Positions 11,108 to 20,607 of a stretch of 64,000 nt of DNA are shown one piece after another. Both the position numbers and the translations under genes were made by a program. The number at the start of each line of letters is the position of its first letter. Position 1 is the first letter of the stretch. The notes under the pieces are model-generated. The model was not told the DNA's origin and did not search any database. It saw only the letters and a program-made list of their open reading frames with translations. The stretch lies in contig CAXTYC010000003.1 of the NCBI GenBank assembly GCA_964248365.1, forward strand, positions 32,001 to 96,000, read 5' to 3'. Source of the DNA: an uncultured Chroococcidiopsis sp. (lineage in GTDB: Bacteria > Cyanobacteriota > Cyanobacteriia > Cyanobacteriales > Chroococcidiopsidaceae).

Positions 11108-11311
11108 ATGGCTCATCCGGCTACTGACACTTGCCAATTCTCTGAAGATAGCCAAATTTGGCACGAACTCAAATCTGCGATCGCCGCAAGTTCCGGCTTC
11201 CAACGCTGGCGGCTAGAGCAAATGTCATTTAACTGTCAAATCCAAAATTTGAGCCTCGACAACCAAGTACGCCGTTATTTACGTGAAACCTTGGAAACAC
11301 TAGCTTACTAG
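11108..11311 (+). CDS. Small conserved cyanobacterial hypothetical protein
   Basis: W..LK.AIAASSGFQRW ... V.RYLRETLETLAY; GAGGA Shine-Dalgarno upstream. Confidence 0.8.
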   Translation: MAHPATDTCQFSEDSQIWHELKSAIAASSGFQRWRLEQMSFNCQIQNLSLDNQVRRYLRETLETLAY

Positions 11312-11999
11312 ATTTTGAGTGTAGGGGCGTTGAGGGGCTGTAATGACTGGTTTTTCCGTATATCTGTTGAAATAGAAATATTTTGGTCAAACTCCTTTGC
11401 CAGGGAGGGTTGTTTGGGGTAGTGTGTGTTTTGCTAGAAGTATTTGGTGTTATCGCCCCTACTATGAAGCCAAGCTCTTCTTGAATAAATCCTTGCAAGC
11501 GCAGGAGTAGACGATATGTATCCTCTAGGCGATCGCCTTCTATTTGCACATCCGCTGTAGGGTAGTTTTGAAGTACTTCGATTAGACTCAAAGAGTGATC
11601 GCGATTGGCAGAAAGAATCAAAGCAGATCGCAAAGCTTGTCGATCCGCCCGACGGGATCGAGTGTGAATCGTTTGACTGATTTCATCTAATATTAAATTA
11701 CCAGCAGGATTATTTAATACACGGTCTAGTAAAACTGGATTAACTTTCACTGGTGTGGTTAAAAACTGGCGAAGTAGTTGAGGATTTTGTCGTGCTAGGG
11801 CGAAGTTAACCCGCAACGAAGAAGACAAATCACCTGTTTCGGCAAAATTGGTCAATTCTTCAACCTCAAGCGATTGGCGAAAGACACGGTACTTCAGCAC
11901 TACTCGTTCGGCTGCGATCGCACTGCTGCTAGAAAACAAAATACAAACACTGGTCACGAAAATTAAAGCCAGACGCAGTGACCAAAAATGTAGGCGCAT
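11229..11999 (-). CDS. Secreted DUF1400 (alpha/beta-hydrolase-associated) protein with a repeat-derived C-terminal extension
   Basis: Signal peptide then AAERVVL.Y, EL..FAETG, ALRSAL.LSA, L.EVL.NYPT..V; the last ~75 aa derive from an inserted element and overlap the convergent gene. Confidence 0.8.
   Translation of the reverse strand: MRLHFWSLRLALIFVTSVCILFSSSSAIAAERVVLKYRVFRQSLEVEELTNFAETGDLSSSLRVNFALARQNPQLLRQFLTTPVKVNPVLLDRVLNNPAGNLILDEISQTIHTRSRRADRQALRSALILSANRDHSLSLIEVLQNYPTADVQIEGDRLEDTYRLLLRLQGFIQEELGFIVGAITPNTSSKTHTTPNNPPWQRSLTKIFLFQQIYGKTSHYSPSTPLHSKSSKLVFPRFHVNNGVLGCRGSNFGFDS
11321..11462. repeat. REP/MITE-like element with terminal inverted repeat GTAGGGGCG...CGCCCCTAC
   Basis: GTAGGGGCG at 11321-11329, CGCCCCTAC at 11454-11462; same termini as the elements in recF and the amidase. 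Confidence 0.7.
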
Positions 12000-12289
12000 T
12001 TTCTACCTTTGTCAACCTCTATTTTAATAACGTTACGTAAGCATACTTAGTTGCACCACCAAAAGTTAGTAATTCGTATTTTGGTAATGGGTAATTATTA
12101 GGGTAAGGGTAAGAGGTATTGCGGTAAAAGCGAATTGCTTACCTAAGCCCTCTACCCCTACCCTTTTTTCTACCAATTACCAATTACAGCTACTCGCTAA
12201 TCGCTTTTTGTAAAGAAAAGTAACAAGTTTTTGCATTTTGGCGCAGCGATTGCCTTACTGTAATTGCTGATCATGACCAATGCCAACGT

Positions 12290-14038
12290 ATGAAATGCTC
12301 GGATTCTCAAACTTACCAGTCCACAATTTTTAACGCCCTGCAAACAAAAATTTCATCTACTCAGGCTTGGCGGACAGGATTAACAGCTTTGTTAGTTGTT
12401 GCTAGTGGGATAGTGTCGGAAGATGCGATCGCATCCTCAGTACAGCCTAATGAAACCTTCTTCGCTCAAACCCCTACACCCCAAGTTCCAGCAAGTCCAA
12501 CCCAAAACCAAACACTACCCGATACTCGTACAAACAACCCAACTCAAACCCCGCCAACGACCGCACCAGCTCCCACTGGTGCTAATGTAGTTTACGTCAA
12601 CCCACAGACTGGTTCAGACAGCGCCGGATCTGGCACAAGTCAAGCAACCCCCTTCAAGACAATTACCGCCGCCCTGAATCAAGCGCAACCAGGTACAGTG
12701 ATTCAACTGGCTCCTGGTAACTATACCAGTGAAACTGGCGAAGTCTTTCCACTGGCTATCAAACCAGGTGTGACGCTGCGAGGCGATGAATCTACCAAAG
12801 GTCAAAACGTTGTCATTAATGGCGGTGGTAACTATGTCAGTCCCACCTTTGCCCGTCAGAGCGTGGCAGTACTAGCTGGGAAAGATAGTACTATTAGCGG
12901 TGTCACGGTCACTAACACAAATACACGAGGTACAGGGCTGTGGATTGAATCAACAAATCCCACAGTTACGAACAACACATTTACCAACAATAATCGAGAT
13001 GGCGTTTTTGTCACTGGTACAGCTACGCCCAGAATTGAGGCAAACGTTTTTACCAAAAACGGTGGGAATGGCATTTCAGTAGCCAGAGCAGCAGCAGGAG
13101 AAATTCGTAACAACTTGTTTCAAGAAACAGGCTTTGGACTGGCGATTGGTGGCACATCATCGCCCTTAGTGACAGACAACCAAATTAGACAAAACAAACA
13201 GGGTATATACGTTTCAGAATCTGCTCGTCCCATCCTGCGTAATAACGTGATTGAAAAGAACAGCCAGGACGGAATTGTAGCCACCATTAATGCTCAGCCG
13301 GATCTCGGCACGGCAGAAAGTCCAGGTCAAAATAGCATTCGGGGCAATAAGCGCTATGACGTTTATAACTCCACTCGTGGTAATACCTTGCTGGCTGTTG
13401 GTAATGATATCGATCCCAAAAAGATTTCCGGCAAAGTTGATTTTGTTGCTGCTCAAATTGCCCTACGAGATATCAAGGGTTTGTGGGCGCAACCTTATAT
13501 TGAAGCCCTAGCAGCCCAAAAAATTATCGCTGGGTTTCCCGATGGCACGTTTAGACCAGATGAGCCAGTGACACGCGCCCAGTTCGCTACCATTGTCAGC
13601 AAAGCCTTTTCGCCACAACCACAGCGTCCGGCAGTTAATTTCAAAGATGTCAGCCCCAAGTTTTGGGCTAATCAGGCAATTCAAACCGCTTACAGAGGTG
13701 GTTTCGTAGCTGGGTATCCTGGTGGTTTGTTTCAACCACAGCAGCCAATTCCTAGGGTACAGGCGCTAGTTTCTTTAGCCAGTGGTTTGAAATTAAGCGC
13801 TAATAATCCGAATGCTATTTCTGTTTATGCTGACGCTGCTCAGATTCCTGATTATGCCACTGGAGCAGTTGCGGCAGCAACCCAACGGCAATTGGTTGTG
13901 AATTACCCGACACCCAAACAATTAAATCCCAACCGAGAAGCTACGAGGGCTGAAATCGCCGCTTTTGTCTATCAGGCATTGGTGAATGCTGGACGCGCTA
14001 AACCGATCGCTTCTCCGTATTTGGTAAGCCTTCCTTAA
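12290..14038 (+). CDS. DUF1565 / parallel beta-helix protein with C-terminal S-layer homology (SLH) domains
   Basis: YVNP..G.D...G....PFKTI..AL, LAPG.Y....GE.FPL, beta-helix repeats, SLH motifs (GFPDGTFRPDEPVTRAQFA). Confidence 0.9.
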   Translation: MKCSDSQTYQSTIFNALQTKISSTQAWRTGLTALLVVASGIVSEDAIASSVQPNETFFAQTPTPQVPASPTQNQTLPDTRTNNPTQTPPTTAPAPTGANVVYVNPQTGSDSAGSGTSQATPFKTITAALNQAQPGTVIQLAPGNYTSETGEVFPLAIKPGVTLRGDESTKGQNVVINGGGNYVSPTFARQSVAVLAGKDSTISGVTVTNTNTRGTGLWIESTNPTVTNNTFTNNNRDGVFVTGTATPRIEANVFTKNGGNGISVARAAAGEIRNNLFQETGFGLAIGGTSSPLVTDNQIRQNKQGIYVSESARPILRNNVIEKNSQDGIVATINAQPDLGTAESPGQNSIRGNKRYDVYNSTRGNTLLAVGNDIDPKKISGKVDFVAAQIALRDIKGLWAQPYIEALAAQKIIAGFPDGTFRPDEPVTRAQFATIVSKAFSPQPQRPAVNFKDVSPKFWANQAIQTAYRGGFVAGYPGGLFQPQQPIPRVQALVSLASGLKLSANNPNAISVYADAAQIPDYATGAVAAATQRQLVVNYPTPKQLNPNREATRAEIAAFVYQALVNAGRAKPIASPYLVSLP

Positions 14039-14131
14039 GAGAGTGGCTTAGTAGTTAGACAATAAATTATGAATGATGAATGCAGCAATTTTAAATACAT
14101 AATTCATCATTCATAATTGATCATTTAAATT

Positions 14132-15313
14132 ATGTATTTAAAAAGTCTACATCTGAGGCATTTTCGTAACTACCAAGATCAGCAAGTTGATTTTATTGCG
14201 CCAAAAACAATTTTGGTAGGTAATAATGCTCAAGGAAAATCGAATTTGTTGGAAGCGGTGGAATTGCTGGCGACGTTGCGATCGCACCGAATGGCGCGCG
14301 ATCGTGATCTAGTGCGGGAAGGAGAAGCCGCAGGACAAATTACTGCCACTCTAGAGCGTCAAACTGGCATTGTTGACCTCGCTCTTACATTACGCCGTCA
14401 AGGTCGTCGTAGTGTTGCGCTCAATAGCGAGTACTTGCGGCGACATCTGGATTTTTTGGGTGTTTTGAACGCTGTACAGTTTTCCAGCCTAGATTTAGAA
14501 CTGGTGCGAGGGGGACCAGAACAACGCCGCCACTGGATAGATACGCTGTTAATTCAACTTGAACCTGTTTACGCCTATATATTACAGCAATATAACCAGG
14601 TGTTGCGACAGCGAAATGCTTTGCTCAGAAGGAGTCAGGAGTCAGGTAGGGGCGGGTTTAACCAGGATATTAGTGGGACGACAAGCAGGCTAACAAACCC
14701 GCCCATACAGGAAGAGTTGGAGGTGTGGAATGCTCAACTTGCAGCTGTGGGTTCAAGGGTGATTAGAAGGCGATCGCGTGCTATAGAAAGATTAGCTCCA
14801 ATTGCCACTGCTTGGCATACCAGTATTAGTGATAGTACAGAAATATTGCAAGTAAAATACGCGCCGAATGTTCCTTTCACCCAAAATCATCCCGAACAAG
14901 TGCAACAGGCTTTTTTAGAGAAAATTGCCACAAGAGCGATCGCGGAACAGCATCAAGGTACAACTCTGGTAGGTCCCCATCGAGATGAAATTGAGCTAAC
15001 GATCAACCAAACTCCAGCACGTCAATATGGTTCGCAAGGTCAACAGCGTACCTTAGTCTTAGCACTCAAGCTAGCAGAACTCAAACTAATCGAAGAAGTC
15101 ATCGGAGAACCACCGCTTTTACTTCTAGATGACGTACTAGCTGAACTCGACCTTAACCGCCAAAACCAACTTTTAGAAGCAATTCAAGACCGCTTTCAAA
15201 CCCTGATTACCACCACTCATTTAGGTTCATTCGACTCTCAGTGGCTCAAAGCATCGCAAATTCTAACAGTTGAGGCGGGACACCTATCACCTCATTCCAT
15301 GCCCAGATTGTAG
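14132..15313 (+). CDS. recF: DNA replication/repair protein RecF
   Basis: [17 protein letters not shown] (Walker A), [24 protein letters not shown]. Confidence 0.98.
   Translation: MYLKSLHLRHFRNYQDQQVDFIAPKTILVGNNAQGKSNLLEAVELLATLRSHRMARDRDLVREGEAAGQITATLERQTGIVDLALTLRRQGRRSVALNSEYLRRHLDFLGVLNAVQFSSLDLELVRGGPEQRRHWIDTLLIQLEPVYAYILQQYNQVLRQRNALLRRSQESGRGGFNQDISGTTSRLTNPPIQEELEVWNAQLAAVGSRVIRRRSRAIERLAPIATAWHTSISDSTEILQVKYAPNVPFTQNHPEQVQQAFLEKIATRAIAEQHQGTTLVGPHRDEIELTINQTPARQYGSQGQQRTLVLALKLAELKLIEEVIGEPPLLLLDDVLAELDLNRQNQLLEAIQDRFQTLITTTHLGSFDSQWLKASQILTVEAGHLSPHSMPRL
14646..14708. repeat. 63-bp palindromic element inserted in-frame in recF
   Basis: GTAGGGGCGGGTTT ... AAACCCGCCCATAC; encodes [21 protein letters not shown]. 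Confidence 0.85.
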
Positions 15314-15369
15314 CCACCCATGCCCACCACATAGAACCCACCACATAGAAATAATAAAAAATCATGCGC

Positions 15370-15399
15370 AGAAGAGACGTAATATATTACGTCTCTTCT
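15370..15399. repeat. Perfect 30-bp palindrome, variant of the GTAGAGACG...CGTCTCTAC REP-like repeat; possible terminator
   Basis: agaagagacgtaatatattacgtctcttct. Confidence 0.8.
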
Positions 15400-15611
15400 A
15401 TGTTGGTTGCCCCTTCGTAAATTCCCTAGGACTAGATCGATCAACTCCAGCGGTCACGGCTAGGGTCGCTCATGTACTTCACGGAAGTCCCCCTGAAATA
15501 GCGACCCTAGCCGTAAGACCGCACAGTCAAGATCGGGCTAGTGATTGCATGATCGAGCTAAACGCAAGGACAGCGATCCACCGTCCAAATTGCAAGGCTG
15601 TTTCCCAACAT
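15400..15611 (-). ncRNA. Putative retron msr-msd non-coding RNA (type XIII / Mx162-like)
   Basis: Terminal inverted repeat ATGTTGG (15400-15406) / CCAACAT (15605-15611). On the minus strand, CAGCC follows the 5' arm (candidate branch G at 15598), then short msr-like stems, then a long msd-like hairpin (15431-15542) with a 15-bp perfect core. It lies immediately downstream of a WGR-ARM and SWIM gene pair. Confidence 0.72.
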
Positions 15612-15625
15612 TAGCGCGTGATTCG

Positions 15626-17263
15626 TCAGTATTGACGAGCGTGTTGCATTCGCAACGCGAGAATGTGTTCGCAAGGACCCTTATACAGCTTATTCTGTAT
15701 GTGCCAATTGCAACTACATTCTGCGTTTATTATACGCTCATCTGCATCAACTGTCAAGGCTGGGTTGTAGGTTTTTTCCCGCTCTTTGACACTGCCTTGC
15801 AGGGTAAACGCGCCTGTTGCATCACTGGTTACAGATTTTACCTCTACATTGTTGTAAACCAAGAAACGAGTTGCTTTTTCTTCTCGTTCATTGGCAAAAC
15901 GCAGCCTTTCCATTGGTAAAGGTTTGCGGCTGAGTTCTCGCACTCGATAAACTTGCTTATTCAAGTCATAAATGGCACGTCCGGCTTGGGTATATGCCCC
16001 TAAAGCACCAAGAATTACAACTCGGTTTAAACCTAGCCTTTGTGCCAGACTATCAGGGCTTTCTACCCAATTCTTCTTCAGTTGGTCAAAAATGTGCTGC
16101 TGTGTCCATTTATCTACATCAGCACGAGGAGCCATTAAGTCAAAGTTACCAGATTGTGACCAATCGTTTGCCGTCCAGCCTGATAAACCGAGGGTAAAGG
16201 ACATATCGCCTAAGTCGGCGACATAAAAAGAAGGCATACCCGTACCCAGCAGGTGAACAGTAAACTTTTTGGCGATGGGGATGAGACGTTCTAAAATATT
16301 TATACGACGACGACCCCAAACGCGAATTTCTTGTTCTTGTGTACCAGTGTAAGGCGATCGCGGACACACTACTTCAATTCCCCAAGGATCGAATATCACC
16401 CGCACTGGTTGCCCTGGTGTAAGATGATAGCGCATACTGCGTGGTCCTTTCTTTTCTTTGTGACGACGCAAGACAAAGCAGATATTGTGAATATCCATCG
16501 GATGCAAATCAAACCGCGTCGCTGGTAAAGACATGGCGGAACTAACTTGCAAAAAGCCTCTTACCCAACTATCAGGTAAATCGATTTTGACTTCTTTAAA
16601 ATCCTCTTCATTGGTAGTTTGAACTTCAAAGCCTGATGGATCAATTTCAAATTTGGTAGTCTTATAACTGCGGATTTTTTGAAACTCATCATACAGGGCG
16701 GCTGAGTAGTCGATATTGGTAGTACCGCAGGCAAATTCGTTGATATTTTTAAATACTTCGTAACTAGCACTCAGTCGCCCATAACTTGATTCATCTTGAC
16801 TGAAACATTCAAAAAAGACTTCATCAGGATGAACTGTAATTACTGGATCTAGGACAAACCAAGCATCTCGATCTTTTTGATAAAGATAATCAAAGTAGCG
16901 GCGTTGTGCTTTGTAGAAAGGTTCTCTGCGTTGGTAACTATTTTGATTTAGATGATTGAGTTCTGATTGTAATGATTTGATGCGATCGCTTACTTCTTTG
17001 CGTTGGGCTGCTACTAATTGCCAGTCTATTTCTTGTTGCTTAGCTGCCCATTCTTTGTACGCTGTTTTGTCTTTTGGTTTGAATCGTAAGTCTGAGACTA
17101 CGACGTTATGTAAGGCGCTAATTGCTTCACGAAATGCTACGTTTTGGCGTAATTCTCCGATAAAATATGTTGGTGGGCGCTTGGTGTCTGGGGAGAATGT
17201 CATCTGGGTATTAGCGCCGTCGTTAATTGAGGTATTTCCTTTGTAGGTGTAGTTGAATTCCAT
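15626..17263 (-). CDS. SWIM zinc-finger protein (wH-SWIM type, putative retron type XIII accessory)
   Basis: C-terminal CSC-x12-CEH (AECSCNWHIQNKLYKGPCEHILAL); DPVITVHPD..FFECFS.DESSYG and DLPDSWVRGFLQV motifs. Confidence 0.85.
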   Translation of the reverse strand: MEFNYTYKGNTSINDGANTQMTFSPDTKRPPTYFIGELRQNVAFREAISALHNVVVSDLRFKPKDKTAYKEWAAKQQEIDWQLVAAQRKEVSDRIKSLQSELNHLNQNSYQRREPFYKAQRRYFDYLYQKDRDAWFVLDPVITVHPDEVFFECFSQDESSYGRLSASYEVFKNINEFACGTTNIDYSAALYDEFQKIRSYKTTKFEIDPSGFEVQTTNEEDFKEVKIDLPDSWVRGFLQVSSAMSLPATRFDLHPMDIHNICFVLRRHKEKKGPRSMRYHLTPGQPVRVIFDPWGIEVVCPRSPYTGTQEQEIRVWGRRRINILERLIPIAKKFTVHLLGTGMPSFYVADLGDMSFTLGLSGWTANDWSQSGNFDLMAPRADVDKWTQQHIFDQLKKNWVESPDSLAQRLGLNRVVILGALGAYTQAGRAIYDLNKQVYRVRELSRKPLPMERLRFANEREEKATRFLVYNNVEVKSVTSDATGAFTLQGSVKEREKTYNPALTVDADERIINAECSCNWHIQNKLYKGPCEHILALRMQHARQY

Positions 17264-17363
17264 ATTTTAGATGGGATTGGTTGGGGGGAAAGATTAATTT
17301 TGACGAACCGCAGAGGCACAGAGAACGCAGAGGTAAGAATAGAGAGGAGATAGGAAGTGTATT

Positions 17364-20300
17364 TTAGTTTCTGAGTTGGGCTACTGGTTTTAGGTGGAGG
17401 GGTAGGGATATTTGAGGATAGGTTTTGCGAATTTTTAGCATGATCTGTATGGCTGCTGCTTTGTCTCCAATTGCTATAGTTGCAGATTGTCTGGTGAGAA
17501 TTTCTGCAACGAAGGAGGCGGCTTGCTCGTTTTTTTGGGCTTCGGTTTCCAGAAAGGCAAGAATTCTCTGTTTGGCGACTCTGCCGCGATTGACGCTAGA
17601 CAATACGCTGATGAAATAAGGTGTTAGTTGTTGTAGGCGTTCGGGGTTATCTATGGCGTAGTTTTCTAGATAGTTAGTAGCAAACATCTGCATATCGGCT
17701 GAGGGATGTTCGCTGAATTTGAGTAGGTATTCTTGTCCATAATTTTGTTGAAAGTTGTGAATGACTAAATCGCGCCCAAAAGAGCGGACATCTTCACGTA
17801 TACTGTCACAAATGCTAACTATTACTTCTGGTGTCCAATCTTGGGCTGTGAAGTCGTTACTAAAAATTCTGGTTGCAAATTCGCGGGAGTCATCCCATTT
17901 TGACTCTAGTAATCGCACGGCAGATAACATTTGTTCTGAGTTTGTGCGAATATGATTTAAATTTCGCACAAACATTTGTCGTGCTGCTTCACGTATGGCT
18001 ATAATTTCGTGATTTGCAAGTTTGACTATTTCGCTGATTTGGAATTCGGGTAGGAAGCGCTCGCTATTTTCTTGCAATACTAAACCACCCAATTCTTGGG
18101 CAGAGGAAGATTTAGCATGAAGTAGCAACATGGCTTTGTCTTTACTTATATTAGACATCCAATTCGGTATGTCTTCTCGTAGCAATTGCACTACATATTT
18201 ATGAATGCCTTCGTGTCTTTCTGGTGCGATTAATACATCGATTAAATCAGAGGCGATCGCACTGGCAAAGTCTGTATTATTATTTGCTAAGCGTCGAATA
18301 ACTGGACGAATGGCATGACGAATATCAGTGACGGCGTTAATTGCCATTGCTGTTATTAGTGTGCGATCGTTTAACAATTTCTCATCAGGTAATTGTCCAA
18401 AAATTCTCACACCAATACCACGTACTGATTCATAAGGAGAAGCAAGCAGTGATTCAATTAAATTAGGTGGTAAATCAACTGCCCTCGTTTCGTGGTTAAG
18501 TAAAATACGAGCGCCTAATTCTTGAATTTTTGGCATTGGGTGTCGCAGTAAGTCTAAGATGACACCAAATCCTAAGTTACGCAGTTGGGGTGTAAAGCTA
18601 ATTAGCAAAGTCTCGCCAATTTCTTTCGCCATATAGGTTTGAGTGGGTTCAAGTGCTAATACAGCAGCGATTATGCGTCCAATTAGTACCCTGGCTGTGG
18701 CATCATCTAAAATTGAGGAACTTAACAACCTACGGGCAAAAGCACGAGTATCAGCTTGTTTACTGGTGACTAAGCTGGCGATAAACTCGCTGGATGTAAA
18801 AAAGTATTCGCGTTGCGCTTCAATCCAATGGTAAGCTTGTGTACGAGCGTTTTGTGATATGCAATTGGCAGCAGCTAAAACTAATGTTTGATTAGGTTGG
18901 GCTGGGTTGTAGCGAGTAACTGCCAGCGAAAAGGCAAATTCGACTGTAACTTCGTAGGGTTTATTTAGTAGTAGGATGATGGTGTTGATGTCGAGGCGAT
19001 CGCAAAATTCTGTACTTGTCCGTATCGCTTTAGCGGCAAAATGATGTACAGGGCGACAGTCACTTTCTAATAATAGTTGTAATAGTGCTTCTGGGTGTTG
19101 TTGCCAAAGTTCAGGAAACGCTTCTTCTCTTACATTCGGTTCTGGATATCCTGGTTTGTAAGTTTCTTTGCAACGCCATGCTTTGGGATGGGAAATATAG
19201 CGCGGGCTGTTTTCGTACAGAATATGATTAAATGTTAAGTATGGCGCATAATTATCCCAAGATATGGTAATGCGATCATAGGAACGGCGTTGCTGATTCC
19301 ATCTTGTAAAGCTTGTTTGTCTAACTGGTTGAGCATCCCGATCAGAATACTGAAGCAAAACGCCTACAGCCATTTTTACATATTCAGGATCGCCCTCTTC
19401 GCCCAACTGCTTAAGAGTACGCCACACCCGCCGCCGCAAATATTCACGAGTTTGTTTACTGTAAGCTAGTCTTGCATTAGGGCGCTGCATTTCTGCTTCA
19501 AACTCGCTGATTCCGAGAGTTTCCCATTGGCGTGTTGTAGAGTTGTATCTATTATTTTGTGTTCTTAAGTACTCACCGCCTGGGAGATAGACGTAATACC
19601 CATCACTGTCATAATTTCCCGATTCTTTCTCAAACGTATAAGCAAGAATGCCAAAAATTTCTGCATCGTGGCGATATTCAGCGATTTTGAAAATGTGGCG
19701 AATTTGCTTGAAATAGTTAGGTTTAAGTGGCGCTTCGCATAAAATATCTAGTAGTGCTGGACGTACATATTCGTTATCGATTTGATAGATAGTATCGAGA
19801 ACGGCAAAACGTTTGTAATCACTGCTGTCTAAATAAGTTTTTAGTGCTGCGGCGAATGCGTCTGCTGATCCATTCTGAGCTAATTTTGATAGAGATGAGG
19901 GTAGGCGATTTATGCATTCTGAACGCGCTGCTTTAGCATTTTGATTTGATAATTTTAGTAATGCTTCAAAAGCAATCCGACGAACAAATGCAGGGTGAGA
20001 AGCATTAGACAGGCGTTCGAGGCTAGCGATCGCATATTCATCCCCACACCAACCCAACGCCCAAGCAATACAATAATCTCTCAGGGGTTCGCCAGTGCCA
20101 ATTAGCTCAATTAATAACGGTGTGGCTTCCTTAATTTTCAGTTCTCCAGCCCGCCAAATCACTCGATCTAAAGACCATTTTCTTTCGTCTCGATTCGCAA
20201 GCCGATTTAGAATAGCCTGATGGCGTGGATCACTACTGGTGAGTGTTACATCTGTGCGAGTTGTGACTAGTGCGGGAGTATTACTAATTGGTTGATTGGT

Positions 20301-20537
20301 AGTATCTTGGTAGCCTTTTTTAACTTTTTCTCTAACTAGCTGCTCGAAAACTCGCTCTGCTTCGGCTAGTGGTACAGGCTGGGTTGTCTTCGTTCCTTCT
20401 TTGAGGTTAGTACCGCGTCGTCCATAGCGAAAGTTTACCACATAGCGGTTTTGCCCCGTCTGGCATAAATCAACTTCGTAGACTTTATCTGAACTTCCTT
20501 CTTGATAGCACAGCGTAGTCCGTTTGATTAGTTGCAT
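17364..20537 (-). CDS. WGR-domain plus ARM/HEAT-repeat protein (putative retron type XIII accessory)
   Basis: N-terminal WGR domain (SSDKVYEVDL...VNFRYGRRG...K.KKGY) then helical repeats (YCIAWALGWCG, VRRIAFEAL). Start set at ATG 20537 with GGAG SD; the upstream ORF extension is MITE-derived. Confidence 0.85.
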   Translation of the reverse strand: MQLIKRTTLCYQEGSSDKVYEVDLCQTGQNRYVVNFRYGRRGTNLKEGTKTTQPVPLAEAERVFEQLVREKVKKGYQDTTNQPISNTPALVTTRTDVTLTSSDPRHQAILNRLANRDERKWSLDRVIWRAGELKIKEATPLLIELIGTGEPLRDYCIAWALGWCGDEYAIASLERLSNASHPAFVRRIAFEALLKLSNQNAKAARSECINRLPSSLSKLAQNGSADAFAAALKTYLDSSDYKRFAVLDTIYQIDNEYVRPALLDILCEAPLKPNYFKQIRHIFKIAEYRHDAEIFGILAYTFEKESGNYDSDGYYVYLPGGEYLRTQNNRYNSTTRQWETLGISEFEAEMQRPNARLAYSKQTREYLRRRVWRTLKQLGEEGDPEYVKMAVGVLLQYSDRDAQPVRQTSFTRWNQQRRSYDRITISWDNYAPYLTFNHILYENSPRYISHPKAWRCKETYKPGYPEPNVREEAFPELWQQHPEALLQLLLESDCRPVHHFAAKAIRTSTEFCDRLDINTIILLLNKPYEVTVEFAFSLAVTRYNPAQPNQTLVLAAANCISQNARTQAYHWIEAQREYFFTSSEFIASLVTSKQADTRAFARRLLSSSILDDATARVLIGRIIAAVLALEPTQTYMAKEIGETLLISFTPQLRNLGFGVILDLLRHPMPKIQELGARILLNHETRAVDLPPNLIESLLASPYESVRGIGVRIFGQLPDEKLLNDRTLITAMAINAVTDIRHAIRPVIRRLANNNTDFASAIASDLIDVLIAPERHEGIHKYVVQLLREDIPNWMSNISKDKAMLLLHAKSSSAQELGGLVLQENSERFLPEFQISEIVKLANHEIIAIREAARQMFVRNLNHIRTNSEQMLSAVRLLESKWDDSREFATRIFSNDFTAQDWTPEVIVSICDSIREDVRSFGRDLVIHNFQQNYGQEYLLKFSEHPSADMQMFATNYLENYAIDNPERLQQLTPYFISVLSSVNRGRVAKQRILAFLETEAQKNEQAASFVAEILTRQSATIAIGDKAAAIQIMLKIRKTYPQISLPLHLKPVAQLRN

Positions 20538-20607
20538 CCGGTTGTCTCCACTATTGGTATTTAATAGTATATGTGTACTAATGTGCAAAGGGTAGGGGTG
20601 GGTATAA

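Noticed and set aside
12111..12130. 20-mer AAGAGGTATTGCGGTAAAAG repeated at 48318-48337
   Set aside because: Both copies sit within STRR clusters, so more likely part of a dispersed repeat than a regulatory site or attachment site
15431..15542. Long hairpin as a simple terminator or riboswitch
   Set aside because: Too long, no U-tract, embedded in a larger arm-bounded structure downstream of a gene; retron msd fits better
15270..15919. Plus-strand ORFs of 114 and 124 aa over the structured region
   Set aside because: No recognisable motifs; they overlap recF, the ncRNA and the SWIM gene antisense, and are not RT fragments
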